DNA from: Psammoneis japonica
Taxonomy: Eukaryota
Reading direction: 5' to 3'
NCBI GenBank assembly: GCA_008632985.1
Contig: QPGO01000272.1
Coordinates: 1 to 64,000, forward strand
Length of the DNA: 64,000 nucleotides
Below, piece by piece: positions 1-10,619 of this stretch. The notes below the pieces were generated by a model. It was not told the origin of the DNA. It worked only from the letters and a program-made list of their open reading frames with translations, and searched no databases. Each line of letters begins with the position of its first letter. The first letter of the stretch is position 1. Position numbers and translations under genes: made by a program.

Positions 1-110
1 CCCCCCCCCCATGACAGGAACAATCGCATCGTCCAACTGCCCTGTTCAAACAAGAAGCGCATTTCCCTGCGACCGTCCCAGAAGGTTGCCCCCCACGCGC
101 AACAGGAACA

Positions 111-386
111 TGACAGAAATTGAAGGCAAATGGCAAGAATTCAAACAACAACTCCTTACTGCTGTCTAAATGGCAGATGAGTCTCCGCTCAGAGACCGTC
201 ACAGGAGCCGAAAGACGTGTAAGTCGGCACAATCGGGCTACTGTCATTATTCTTGTGAGCCTTGTGGCTCGAAAGCAAACTACATCGCGCGCGAACGCGC
301 GGAACTAAAGCACACAAAACTGTGCGCGGTAAACTAAACAGCGCGCGACACTTCGCGCGCATCCAAATCCTGTTCAAATCCTGTCA
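111..386 (-). repeat. 3' LTR of the copia element
   Basis: Direct repeat of 6943-7218 with TG...CA termini. Confidence 0.95.
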
Positions 387-3300
387 CTCCCCAGTTTGCT
401 TGAGGAGCCACAGAAACAGATTCGACTTCGGATGGAATGAAGTTCCAGAACATGAGGGGGCGGAGAAGGTCCCAGATTTGGGAGCAACCCCAATGCTTGC
501 TGAGAATGTCAGCAGGGTTGCGGGAGCCTTCGATGAAGTGGAGCTCAAGGCAACCAGAGGCAATTGCCTCACGCACACGGTGGAACGACAGTGCGGTGTG
601 TCGCTTGTGTAACTTGGAGTGCGGGATGGTGGCACTGTCTACAACCGACTTGTTGTCACCGAACATGCAACCAACATTGCGGATCGGGACGCCAAGGTGG
701 CGCAGGGTGATGCGCAGGTCAACAATCTGCTCAACACAATTCCTTGCGGCAACAAATTCAGACCCGCAGGTTGCAGTCTCCACGGTGGCTTGTTTCTTGG
801 AGAACCAATCAGCCGGGAATTTGTTGAGGAAGTGGAGCATTCCCATGACAGAGCGTCCGGTGAGCATGCAATGGCACAAGTTTGCATCGACGCAGTGGGT
901 GGCAGTGACGAACTTGCCAAGGGGCGGTGGAGCGTCCTTCGGGATCATCTCTTCTGCTTCACCATGCACGGAATGCATCCATTCACAGGCCGGAGCAGGG
1001 AGATCCGAATGGTCGGGCTCTTCCGTGCGAACGCGGAGAGCACCGTGTCGCATCTTGGAGAGGTGCCCACAGACGCGTTTGGCACGATCCAAGTGGCCTT
1101 GACGGGGCGCAGCTCGGAAGCTAGAGAGTGACATGACGGCCGTGGTGATGTCAATTCGACCAAGGGACACTGCCCATTGGAGTGAACCAACAAGAGACTG
1201 GAACTTGTGAATGCCATCGGGTCCCAGCAGTTCGGAAGTGTCCAGTTCGGGGTGGTCACCCTTCTCCAGAGGTGACAGGGCGTTGGTGGCAGGTTTCTCC
1301 CCAAACAGTCGGGCGCAGCTGTCGACCATGCGCTCCATGCACTTGCGCGGAGACAGGCACAAGGTTCCGTCGGGGTCCCGGGAAAAGTCGCAACCCAGAT
1401 GGAACTCAATGGGTCCCGTGCCCTTGAGCTTGAACTTGTGCTTCTCCGTGAGAGTGTCAACGAAAGGTTGAGGGTCCTTCATGGCAATGGCGAGGTCATC
1501 CACATAAACGGCAATGCATTCACAGTGGTCGCCGTTCCTGCGCATCCAAATGTCGGGTTCGGCGCGGCAGGGGAAGAAGCCTTCAGCTCGCAGGCAGTCG
1601 GCGAAGCGTTCGTGCCAGCGGAGACCGGAGCTGCGCAGTCCATGCAGTGCCTTGTGGATGACAAGGATGTGTCCTTCGAGTTTGCCAAATTCGGGTCCAG
1701 CTGCAATGTAAAGCTTCTCCTTGGTGGTGGCCTCAAGGCAGGCATTGCCAATGTCGGTGGCCCATGTCTCCAGCTCGTTGAGTTCGGCCAGGAAAATCAT
1801 CAGCCGAAGGCCACGAAGGGAGACTGCTCCGGAGTGGACACTGTCGATGGGTGCGTCCGTGAGGTGCCCGTCGGCTGCGAGTCGTGCCTTGTGGCAACCG
1901 TCGTGTTTCACGTCGCACACCAGGTGCACTCGGATCTTCTTGTGTCCCGCAGGAGGAGTGGAAGACTTGAAGGGCCCACAGTCATGGAAGACTTCGTATT
2001 CGTCGAGTTGGTCCATCTCGAGATTAGTTGCGTCTCCCCACTTGCGGTTGCCGTTGCGTTCGTCCAGTGACATGGCGTGTTTGTAGTTCCGGGGAACTTC
2101 GCATCCGCACTTGCAGCGAGGTGCAGTGCGGAAGGAGCGAAGCTTGGCTTGGTTGGCCATGCGAAATAGTTTCTTTTGGCGCCTCGCGACAGTGCGGAAC
2201 CGCTTCCAGCCATCCGTGTCGAGGAGTCCGTTCTCTCGTGCATAGATGGCACAGGTGACGGGGTCGTCCTTGGCGATGATGGCAAGAGGCTCGGACGTGA
2301 TCTCCCCACTTTCCCGTTCAAGCATGATGTTGTAGCTTGAGCCTTTCCAGGTTGGGTCGTGAGGCTTCAGAGGTCCTTCGTGTGACACGATGCGTCGAAA
2401 TTTCCAAACAGTGGTGTCTTCGTCTTCTTGCTCAATGTGATTCATGATGTCATTGCAGGCAAGGACTTCCTCGTGTTCGTCATTGTTGACAGAGCAGACG
2501 AACTCAGTGAGCTCGGGATTGCCGTTCACTTTCCATTCGTGGTCTTCGACGGCCTTGACGATGCAAGCTCTGTGGCGTTGTCCGTCCTCTTGTGGCTGCA
2601 TGAGGAAGGTACGTCCAATGATGTCTTGCGGATCGAAAACTGGCATCTTGGGTGTCCTGATCTCCCCATCAGGAGAATCGACGGGGTTGTCGTCATGGCG
2701 AGATTTGATGATGGGTTCAGGTGGCTCCCCATCAGGAGGATCAAGACGCAGGTTGCGAACAGCAGGATCGGGGGTGGCGGAGCAAACGTTGGACCGGCAG
2801 AGGATCTTTTGAGTCTCGTCAGATAGGATCTTGAAGGTCATCTGGTGGCCGACGTGCTCAGCAATGCCAACGAAGCGTCCGCGCAACTCACGGGATTCGG
2901 ACGGCCAATCGGAGTCATCGAGGTGGAAGCACACTGGTTCCCACCAGTGAAAGCGAAGCAATGGGCTGATGTCCGGGGTGGATCCAGTGAGAGTCTCGAG
3001 GGGCGTGCGCCAGTGGAGACGTGGGGACGCTGTGTGGTTGAGTGTGAAGCACACGTGCATGAGCGCCAGCAGCCATGTGTGGGCGGGCGAACCAAAACGG
3101 TCCATGACAGTGTTCGCCATGCGCTTCACGGTCTGGCAGCGACGCTCGGCAAAGTTTTGGTGTTGCTGGTGAGGCTCACTTTGCCAGCTGGAGATGAAGA
3201 GGGCGCGCAGGATCCCGAGCACTTTGTTGCTGATCTCAACTTGAGCACGGTCGCCAATGAGTTTGGATGGGGCACCACGTTCACGGATCTGATCCTCGAG

Positions 3301-6003
3301 TGTGTTGACAAACTCTTTGTCCGTCTTAGTGCCGCAGACGTCAGTGACGGTAGACTCGGTGCCAACAAACAGTTGGGCGCTGGTGCAGCCAGAGTCGACG
3401 GCCGGGGTGTCGGCACAAACGGTGTCAGTGGCGACAGGCTCGTTGCGGCGGTGCACATCAAGGGCGGGGTTGGGTGATTTGCAGGCCTTGCGAAGGTGTG
3501 TGCCGGCGGGCATGCGGGCGTGCTGCGTGGTGCAGTCAAAAGTACGACGGACCGCATCGGCAGGCAGGAAGCCAAAGCAAGGCCAAAGAGACTCGAAGGG
3601 GGGGTCCTTGGGCTGTACAGTGCGCTCCGGAGGTGGAACGTCATCGCCCTTGGGGTCAATCGCATGCATGTGACACTCGTAGAACACGTCGTCGTTCGGA
3701 ATGAGGTGATCATCGAGGGCGGACGCGTGATCGGCAGACAAGGAAGCGGACAAGATGGTCTCGTTGACAACGACACGGTGACGGCAGTTGCCGCATTCGT
3801 CAAACAGGTTGGCAGTGGGATCGTCCTGCAGGTCAGAGATCGCGTCGCACCACTGGTCGTCGTCAGTGACAGAGTGATCGAGGACGGAAGGGTCCCATGT
3901 GTCATCACCGGTGAGGATGACATGGGGCAGGGTGTCCCATTCGGCGTCAGTGTAAGGTCGCATGGCAACATGAGGCAGGCCAGCCTTGATGTCAATGGGG
4001 ATGACATGGCCATCAGGAGTGGCGGTGCGTTGCAAGCCGTTGGGCACCTTGGCAGAGCGATCGTTGACATCCTGTTTGCACCATTCGAGCTGGCCACAGG
4101 AATGGATGGTCTTGCCCTTTCCCGTGCATGCGCACTGATGGAGGATGGCGATGACGGGACCACGCTGGGTCTCAATGACGGCACCAGTGGTGACAATGGG
4201 GATGTCCACCAATTGATGATCGTCAATGCCCTGAACGTCGACTTGGCGAGAGGTGCGTGCGATGACGCGGACGTCGTCGCCAGCAATGCCGCCGTTGGCC
4301 CCACGATCGACTAGAGCGCCAGTGCGTGTGGAGCGATGAGCAGAGGCAGAGCAAATGACATTGTGGTTGTTAACGCGGCGGCAAGTGCGGCCGTTAAGTT
4401 CTGTGTCATCTGCAGAAGCTGGCGGGGTAGAGGAAGCAGCGGATGGCCCCGGTCGACTGGCATTGGGGGCTTGGTTAGGAGACAACAGACGTTGCAGATC
4501 ACCGGGTGGCAGTGGCTTGCGCTTGGTGAGGTGCGCCAGGACAGGATTGTCCGAAATGGCGTCCACATGTGCAGCGGAGTCACCACAGTCAGCAGGAGTC
4601 GTGTTGGACAAGTTGACATCACCGTCACTCCCAAGGTGTTGGTCGTGAAGGTTGGCCGTAACAGACTCATGGCAGTTGCTGGCTCGCGGGTTGCGGGGAG
4701 GCGGACGAGAGTGCTCAAGGATGATCGCCTTGGAGGAATCGGGCAACGAATCCCAGAGCCGTTGGTGGTCGGGAGGGAGACGTCTCCATTGGACACCGGT
4801 GAGGCTGGGACCGCGGGTGCAGGCAGCATTGGCCTGAAGGACGTCAACGTCGCTGTCAATGTCGTAGAACACATCGTCGGACGGTTCCTCGGAGCAGACG
4901 TCATGTGCGTGTGTGGCGCGTCGGGGAGCTCGAGGTGTCGTCTTGGGTTGAAACGTGCTGTCGCACTGAGCTGCCGCGGAGAGGAGCAAGCCACAGCATT
5001 GATCGCATGTGAGGCTCTTGCCACTCTGCGTGCGATGCTGATCAGCTTGGTTCTTGACAGCACGGAGTTCCTCGACAGGGTGCACGGCATTCTCGAGCAT
5101 GACGCGCTTCTGTCCTTCAGAGAAGTGGTCACTGGCCGGGATGAGTGCCTCGTGCTTGCGCAACTGATCTTGCCAATGAAGGATGAACCCGTGGGTTGGA
5201 CCTTTCCAAGTGCCATCACCAAGACGCGCGGTGGTCAGGTGCGTGAGCAGGGTGGAGGACTCGACAGATGCGCGGGTGGAGGCAAGCGCGCACTCAGACA
5301 AGGAGCGGCAGACGGTCTGTGCATCAGAAGACCCCACATTTTCGCGAATGAGAGCCTTGCCCTTGTCGGTGAGAAGGATGCGTTCGAAGATGGCGAACAT
5401 GTGCTTTTGCTGTTCAGCAAAGAGCAGTTTGTCTTCGGGGCTGGTCGGTTTGTACGACGAGTCTAGAGTGCACTTGACGTCTTGGGCACGGGCTTGTGCC
5501 ACAAGTGAGGTGTGCCAAGTGCGCCACTGCTTGTCGGATTTGAGAGCCGTGAAAGCGGTGGGACCATGCTTGATGCCTCGCTTGAAGTCCCGCACCGGGT
5601 CGCGTGCCTTGGTCGGGTTGGTGACATGTGGAGGTGCAAGGGGTGAGCTGCCGATGGACACAGAAGACATGCAGTCGGGGCTGAGGCGGCAGGCAAGGAA
5701 CTCGTCATGCGTGAACAAAGAGGAGTCATTGGCAACGTCAAGACCTTTGTGTGCTTTGACAATGTACAGGCTAACTAGTGCTGCCAACATGTTCTTATAA
5801 CCACGGGGCAAAGGGATTGCATTGGTGCCGTTGTCGCACTCAAGCGAGTCGATTTGGGACGGTGTGAACGTGAACAGTTCCTGATGCGAGTCCGTGCCGT
5901 CTTGGGCCAAAGCCAAATGAAGAGGACTCCCAGCACCTTGGGCAAGCACGGTTCCAACAACGTGCTCGAAACCATCGGTTTGTTGCTGACGAGTGAGAAC
6001 CAT
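334..6003 (-). CDS. Copia gag-pol polyprotein (gag-PR-IN-RT-RNase H); open frame, probably inactivated by missense changes
   Basis: Protease LVDRGANGG; integrase ATDTV / GDRAQVE / QHQNFAER; RT KARLAADG, ALHGLRSSG, YVDD; RNase H VDAN, GSEF, FGDN, NPADILSK. First ATG is at 6003. The frame runs into the 3' LTR. Confidence 0.92.
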   Translation of the reverse strand: MVLTRQQQTDGFEHVVGTVLAQGAGSPLHLALAQDGTDSHQELFTFTPSQIDSLECDNGTNAIPLPRGYKNMLAALVSLYIVKAHKGLDVANDSSLFTHDEFLACRLSPDCMSSVSIGSSPLAPPHVTNPTKARDPVRDFKRGIKHGPTAFTALKSDKQWRTWHTSLVAQARAQDVKCTLDSSYKPTSPEDKLLFAEQQKHMFAIFERILLTDKGKALIRENVGSSDAQTVCRSLSECALASTRASVESSTLLTHLTTARLGDGTWKGPTHGFILHWQDQLRKHEALIPASDHFSEGQKRVMLENAVHPVEELRAVKNQADQHRTQSGKSLTCDQCCGLLLSAAAQCDSTFQPKTTPRAPRRATHAHDVCSEEPSDDVFYDIDSDVDVLQANAACTRGPSLTGVQWRRLPPDHQRLWDSLPDSSKAIILEHSRPPPRNPRASNCHESVTANLHDQHLGSDGDVNLSNTTPADCGDSAAHVDAISDNPVLAHLTKRKPLPPGDLQRLLSPNQAPNASRPGPSAASSTPPASADDTELNGRTCRRVNNHNVICSASAHRSTRTGALVDRGANGGIAGDDVRVIARTSRQVDVQGIDDHQLVDIPIVTTGAVIETQRGPVIAILHQCACTGKGKTIHSCGQLEWCKQDVNDRSAKVPNGLQRTATPDGHVIPIDIKAGLPHVAMRPYTDAEWDTLPHVILTGDDTWDPSVLDHSVTDDDQWCDAISDLQDDPTANLFDECGNCRHRVVVNETILSASLSADHASALDDHLIPNDDVFYECHMHAIDPKGDDVPPPERTVQPKDPPFESLWPCFGFLPADAVRRTFDCTTQHARMPAGTHLRKACKSPNPALDVHRRNEPVATDTVCADTPAVDSGCTSAQLFVGTESTVTDVCGTKTDKEFVNTLEDQIRERGAPSKLIGDRAQVEISNKVLGILRALFISSWQSEPHQQHQNFAERRCQTVKRMANTVMDRFGSPAHTWLLALMHVCFTLNHTASPRLHWRTPLETLTGSTPDISPLLRFHWWEPVCFHLDDSDWPSESRELRGRFVGIAEHVGHQMTFKILSDETQKILCRSNVCSATPDPAVRNLRLDPPDGEPPEPIIKSRHDDNPVDSPDGEIRTPKMPVFDPQDIIGRTFLMQPQEDGQRHRACIVKAVEDHEWKVNGNPELTEFVCSVNNDEHEEVLACNDIMNHIEQEDEDTTVWKFRRIVSHEGPLKPHDPTWKGSSYNIMLERESGEITSEPLAIIAKDDPVTCAIYARENGLLDTDGWKRFRTVARRQKKLFRMANQAKLRSFRTAPRCKCGCEVPRNYKHAMSLDERNGNRKWGDATNLEMDQLDEYEVFHDCGPFKSSTPPAGHKKIRVHLVCDVKHDGCHKARLAADGHLTDAPIDSVHSGAVSLRGLRLMIFLAELNELETWATDIGNACLEATTKEKLYIAAGPEFGKLEGHILVIHKALHGLRSSGLRWHERFADCLRAEGFFPCRAEPDIWMRRNGDHCECIAVYVDDLAIAMKDPQPFVDTLTEKHKFKLKGTGPIEFHLGCDFSRDPDGTLCLSPRKCMERMVDSCARLFGEKPATNALSPLEKGDHPELDTSELLGPDGIHKFQSLVGSLQWAVSLGRIDITTAVMSLSSFRAAPRQGHLDRAKRVCGHLSKMRHGALRVRTEEPDHSDLPAPACEWMHSVHGEAEEMIPKDAPPPLGKFVTATHCVDANLCHCMLTGRSVMGMLHFLNKFPADWFSKKQATVETATCGSEFVAARNCVEQIVDLRITLRHLGVPIRNVGCMFGDNKSVVDSATIPHSKLHKRHTALSFHRVREAIASGCLELHFIEGSRNPADILSKHWGCSQIWDLLRPLMFWNFIPSEVESVSVAPQANWGVTGFEQDLDAREVSRAV

Positions 6004-6931
6004 GGCAGACAAAAGTGGTGTCAGGACAATCAATTCTGGTTGGGAAGAGAAGGCAGACTCGAAACTTGGGTGAGAATAGACTTGACTTGAAATGGACTTG
6101 ACTTGAAATCTTGAACTATCTTAAAATCAGAAGTCGCCGGGCTTTGTCACCCCGTTCGTTGTCAAGTGCTAAACTTCCTGTCCGGTCCGCAGAGTTGTGC
6201 CGGCACGTCCGAACCCGCAGCCAGTGGCGCTTTGGGTTGCTTACGAGCGGAGTAGCGGGTTGTAAACCCCTGCAGGTAAGCTGACTAGAGGTGGACAAGA
6301 CCCCCGAACCGTTCTCATTTTATGTCGGTTGGATTTCCCGATCAGGCTGGCCAGTTGACGCAGGCGCCAGGCGCTGTGGACGAACGAACAAACGCGGGAA
6401 AGCACCCTCGCCCCAACACAGGCTGCAATCATGGCTGCTTGCTCTCACAGTCGTCCTCGTGGACCTAGTAGAACTGTAGAGCACCAGTAGTCCGGGGTAG
6501 ATCAGGTACAATGGACTCGGTGTGCTTGCAGAGTGGCAGCAAAACCGCAGTCCGAAGAGTGGGTACAGGTTCTTGGCCGTGAAGATATGTATATATATGT
6601 GTGTCTTCAGCGACGAAGATCCTTGAATATGTAGGGTTCTTGACCGTTAACCGATGAATAGGTATATCAAGGGATGAGGATCAAGGATAGACTTGGATAT
6701 GACCGTTGAATGTATGTCTTCAGCGATCAAAGGTAGTATAATCAATCCAGATATCCAGCGGTAAGGAGACTTGACGGTGACGTTAACTTCCTGCCGATGC
6801 CCTGGTATTGAATGCGCGTAGACTTGCCGATGTATGTAGAATATATACGGAGGTCCACGTAGAATTGAAATGGCGTCGTTGGTAAATCAACGACGACGAT
6901 GGCGGTTGCTCAATGGGTTGACAATGAGCAA

Positions 6932-6942
6932 GACTGTTAATC
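6932..6942 (-). promoter_or_regulatory. Putative primer-binding site complementary to a tRNA-Asn(GUU) anticodon arm
   Basis: Minus-strand GATTAACAGTC directly abuts the 5' LTR. Its complement GACTGTTAATC has the form of a GUU anticodon stem-loop. Confidence 0.55.
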
Positions 6943-7218
6943 TGACAGAAATTGAAGGCAAATGGCAAGAATTCAAACAATGACTCCTTACTGCTGTCTA
7001 AATAGCAGATGAGTCTCCGCTCAGAGACCGTCACAGGAGCCGAAAGACGTGCAAGTCGGTGTGATCGGGCTGCTGTTGTTGTTCTTGTGAGCCTTGTGGC
7101 TCGAAAGCAAACTACATCGCAGGCGAACGCGTGGAACTAAAGCACACAAAACTGTGCGCGGTAAACTAAACAGCGCGCGATGCTTCGCGCGCATCCAAAT
7201 CCTGTTCAAATCCTGTCA
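6943..7218 (-). repeat. 5' LTR of the copia element
   Basis: Direct repeat of 111-386, followed by TSD GAACA. Confidence 0.95.
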
Positions 7219-8495
7219 GAACAATTCGCATCGTCCACACCTTCTGCCACTGGCATGCACGGTCGTAATGCCAGTTCGACTCTTTGAACAGGGTGAAGGG
7301 CTCCTTCATCGGCCCACCTGCCATCCTCGTCATTGATGAGACAGGGATTCAGGAATGCGTTCTGGGCCAAATGCCTTGCGTGCTGTGGCGAGAAAGTCTT
7401 CTGAAGAGGAAGATGCGAGATGCTTGCTTACAATCTCTTTTGCTTTTGAATTGCGTTGCTCAATGTCATTGGCACAGCAGTGGCATGCCTCTGCTTGGAC
7501 AGGGTTGTTCACATTTGGGTGTGCCAGGAGGTCTTGGATTGACAACAACATCTCAGAAATTGAGAAATCGGTCTTCCATCGTGGGTTTGGTTTCTCTGTT
7601 GGAAATCACAGTGCCAACGCACACCATTCCAGAGCAGAAAACATTGAGGTGGTGAAACCCTCCGGAAACTTGAATGTTGGGTGCTCCTCATTTGTGGAAG
7701 ACCAAACCATGACCAAAGGAAACAACCCACCTTCCCAAGGCATGTTGGCAGGACCTTGAATTCCAAACAAAAGAGAGGGATGTGGCATCCCGCAAGTCAC
7801 AAGGATTTGGTCCGCGATGACACCGCAAGTCACAAATTGGCTGAAATCCATGGGGGTCACAAACACAAAAATCAAACAATGCATCTGGTTTGTGTCTCAT
7901 CCACCGCTGACAGAATTGTCAGCAATGCAAGTCAGCCAAACGCCGCTCAGAGATTGCGAGGATTCTCTGCTCACTTGCCTCCAACTTTTTCTCTTGCTCC
8001 CGTTCTTGGATTCTTGCATCCATCATGAGCTCCATGTGCTTTGTCATGTCACCAGCAATGTGCTTTGACATGAGTTTGTGGGGACAGCGGTGCTTGTGTC
8101 CCCCTCCACTCGTCTTTGCAGTGTGCTGCCTCCAATTGCTCATCTTTCCCGTCCAGTCACAACCCGCTTCTGCTGCTGCTGCATCATCGGGGTTTTGAAG
8201 AGTTGCAGATGAGTCATTGCTCTTGTTCGCTGACCCACATTTCACAGTCAACTTTGGCATGTGTGCATGGGGCTTCACACAAGAGCAAAGTTGTTGCGCA
8301 CAGCTTCGCAACAGGTGGGACATTCTTCCTTTTCCTCTGAGCACTGTTTCAAACAAAGACAACAGAACAAATGACCACACTTTGTCAGGACTGGCTCTTC
8401 CAAAACATCATGGCATGTGGCACAGATCCATTCGTCATCTGGTTTTGAGAAGAGTGCAACAGGAAAGCCCGTGGTGGATGGCGGTGCTGGCAGTG
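7219..8495 (-). pseudogene. RING (C3HC4) + TRAF-like Zn finger + UBC9-like E2 domain gene, frameshifted and interrupted by the copia element (3' end probably continues at 1-110)
   Basis: Manual minus-strand translation gives EWICATCHDVLEEPVLTKCGHLFCCLCLKQCSEEKEECPTC (~8290-8432), KLTVKC...GCDWTGKMSNWRQH, GIQGPANMPWEGGLFPL...FKFPEGFHHLNVFCSGMVCV and LLSIQDLLAHPNVNNPVQAEAC. Confidence 0.75.
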
Positions 8496-10619
8496 TTCAG
8501 TGCGACAAATCTTTGATCAATCATGCAGCACACAATGTGGCAACGGCTCCATTTTTCAAAAATCCTGTTCCTGTGCTAATCTGCACAAATTGGACATGTG
8601 TAGAATGCACAGCAAAATTTGCAGCAATCGATTTGAATTCACTCCGACACACACAAATGTCGTGGGCAATGATGCTGTGACGTCGCACATGACAAACAAC
8701 AACAACAGCCAAGTGGGGGGTTCTGGTGCACCAAGATGACAATCATTCTTTGCAGCTGAAGAGCTGGCTTTGCAAGACATGAACGACTTGCTGCCATGAC
8801 CAGAAATTGAAAATGGTGCCACAAGGCCGTGCAGCACTGCATGTGGAGTTGAATGACATGCCTCCTGTGATTGCAGCTGATGGGGGTGTGGATGGCAGCA
8901 GCAGAGAGCATCCCCAGTGCAAAAGGTGCAGTCATCTGTGTCTGGGCCAGACAGGCCAGGCAGAGGGGCTTTTTGCAGATGAGCAATTTTTGCCATGGAC
9001 ATGGGCGATTCTTCAGACTGTGCAAGAACGCTGCAGAGAGTGTGTCTTGGCTGAGCTTTGTGGTTGATGCACACAAGCAGAGATTGCAACCAACCCAGCC
9101 ATTTGTGCCATTAAAGACTGGCCCAAGAAGAAACAGACTCTGTCTTTGTGCCTCATGTGAAGTCAACAGCCGCCAGCGGTGGTCTCCAGCTTTTTCTTTT
9201 TCTCTTGCTCTTGCTTGCTGCTGCGCCACACTCTTTCTGAGGCAATCACCCAACCCCAAAAGTCACAGCAGCCTCTGCAGTTTGGATGTGTCCCATCTCA
9301 AGAAACAAGAGCAAAGCCAGCAAATCAGAATGGCTGGAAAAAGAAGGCACAGTGGCAGCTTTGCACCTTGTCAGTTCCCAAAACATGGGCTCCCCCCATT
9401 GCTCTGATGATGGGGTTGTTGGGTGAGGTGTGTCTGTTTCTGGTGCTGTTGTCTCACAAAAGCAGCAGCGGCGGGGCCAAGCATTGCAAAATGTGCTCCC
9501 TCCTCTTTCTTCAAAGTTCTCCCAAGCTCTTTGCTTGTTGTTGGTTCAATCACAAACAACACCCAGCTCAAGATGTGACATGCAATTTCCTTCTTCTTTT
9601 CCTTTCCCCACCCAACATTTCAATCTGAGGAGAGCAAGTGATGAGCCATCTCAATGGCAGCTCAACATGAGACAAACTGGTGCTTGTTTGCCAGGCAGTG
9701 CAGACCCAGCAGGAAAATCATCCAAAGAATTTGCCACATGAGAGCTCCCAGTGCTCGCTCTGAAGAGCTGGGCTTTGACTTGAAAACATCCTTGGTGTGC
9801 TCCCTCCCAGTGTCATGAGAAAGCAGCTGCCGCTGGCACAAAATGCACGCTAATGCACAGATTCCCTTCAGAGAGCTTCTGAGCAAATTTCGCATGGCAC
9901 AGCAACTCATTTCACAAGACCGGTCGGGCGGCAGAAAGAATCATCAGTGAGTCGTGGTCGATCCCGTTTCGCCAATCACGAGTCACATTGTCCGGGTTAT
10001 TTTGAGTCGTACCCAACCAATGAGGAGCATTTCAAATATCAGACCTTGTAGGTTCTTATAATGATTCCTCAACGGCAGGTCCGATCTGATCAGTGGCACG
10101 CCTCTTCCTAAATATATCGAGAAAGGACATTTGATGAACTAATTAATATCTTAACAATTATTAAATCTATATATTATATAATTTTAATATAAATATAAAT
10201 TTTTGGGTCTATAGATTTTGGCTTTCAGTGTCTGTTGTGTTCATCTCAACCTTCAATCTTGAATAATTATGAATAAAAGTCATACCAATAAATTTCCAAA
10301 ATTTGAATGTCACACCGCCAGCGAAAGGGAGGGGTGTCAAGGGTCACTCCGGAAAGGGATCGTATCTACGACTCAACTCAGTATGTTTTTACGCCGGACA
10401 TTGTAGCATCACGAGACACATACTAATCTTTCCCGTTCATCAGAAACAGTTCGCACATTTTGTACCAGTTCCTACGCGATCGCTACACAAAGCAAACGCG
10501 GGAAGAGCAATCTTTGCACAAAAACACATTCTCACTCACTGATTGATTCGCATCGTGCAGCCCCGTTAACCTCTCATTGCCAGCAGTCGTGGACCAGCAC
10601 ATAAAAAAACACTTGAGCA

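Larger units (their letters stand above)
111..7218 (-). mobile_element. Full-length Ty1/copia (CoDi-like) LTR retrotransposon, TpA-hypermutated
   Basis: Two 276-bp LTRs (111-386, 6943-7218) with TGACAG...CTGTCA ends. 5-bp TSD GAACA at 106-110 and 7219-7223. Purine-rich tract (minus strand AAACTGGGGAG) next to the 3' LTR. Internal ORF has copia domain order. Confidence 0.97.

Noticed and set aside
334..6033. Alternative genetic code (Cys/His codons read as Tyr)
   Set aside because: Neighbouring host genes use normal Tyr codons, and non-coding LTRs and MITEs show the same TA changes
111..7218. ADAR-type RNA editing of retroelement transcripts, or diversity-generating retroelement adenine mutagenesis
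   Set aside because: Changes occur on both strands, differ between the two LTRs, are overwhelmingly transitions over many kb, and also hit DNA transposons and host duplicates; no TR/VR pair is visible
8500..9930. Additional degenerate genes here and at 18.5-20.4, 24.8-26.3, 27.6-29.1 and 61.0-62.2 kb
   Set aside because: TA/CG-depleted and possibly once coding, but I could not recognise any motif, so no call is made
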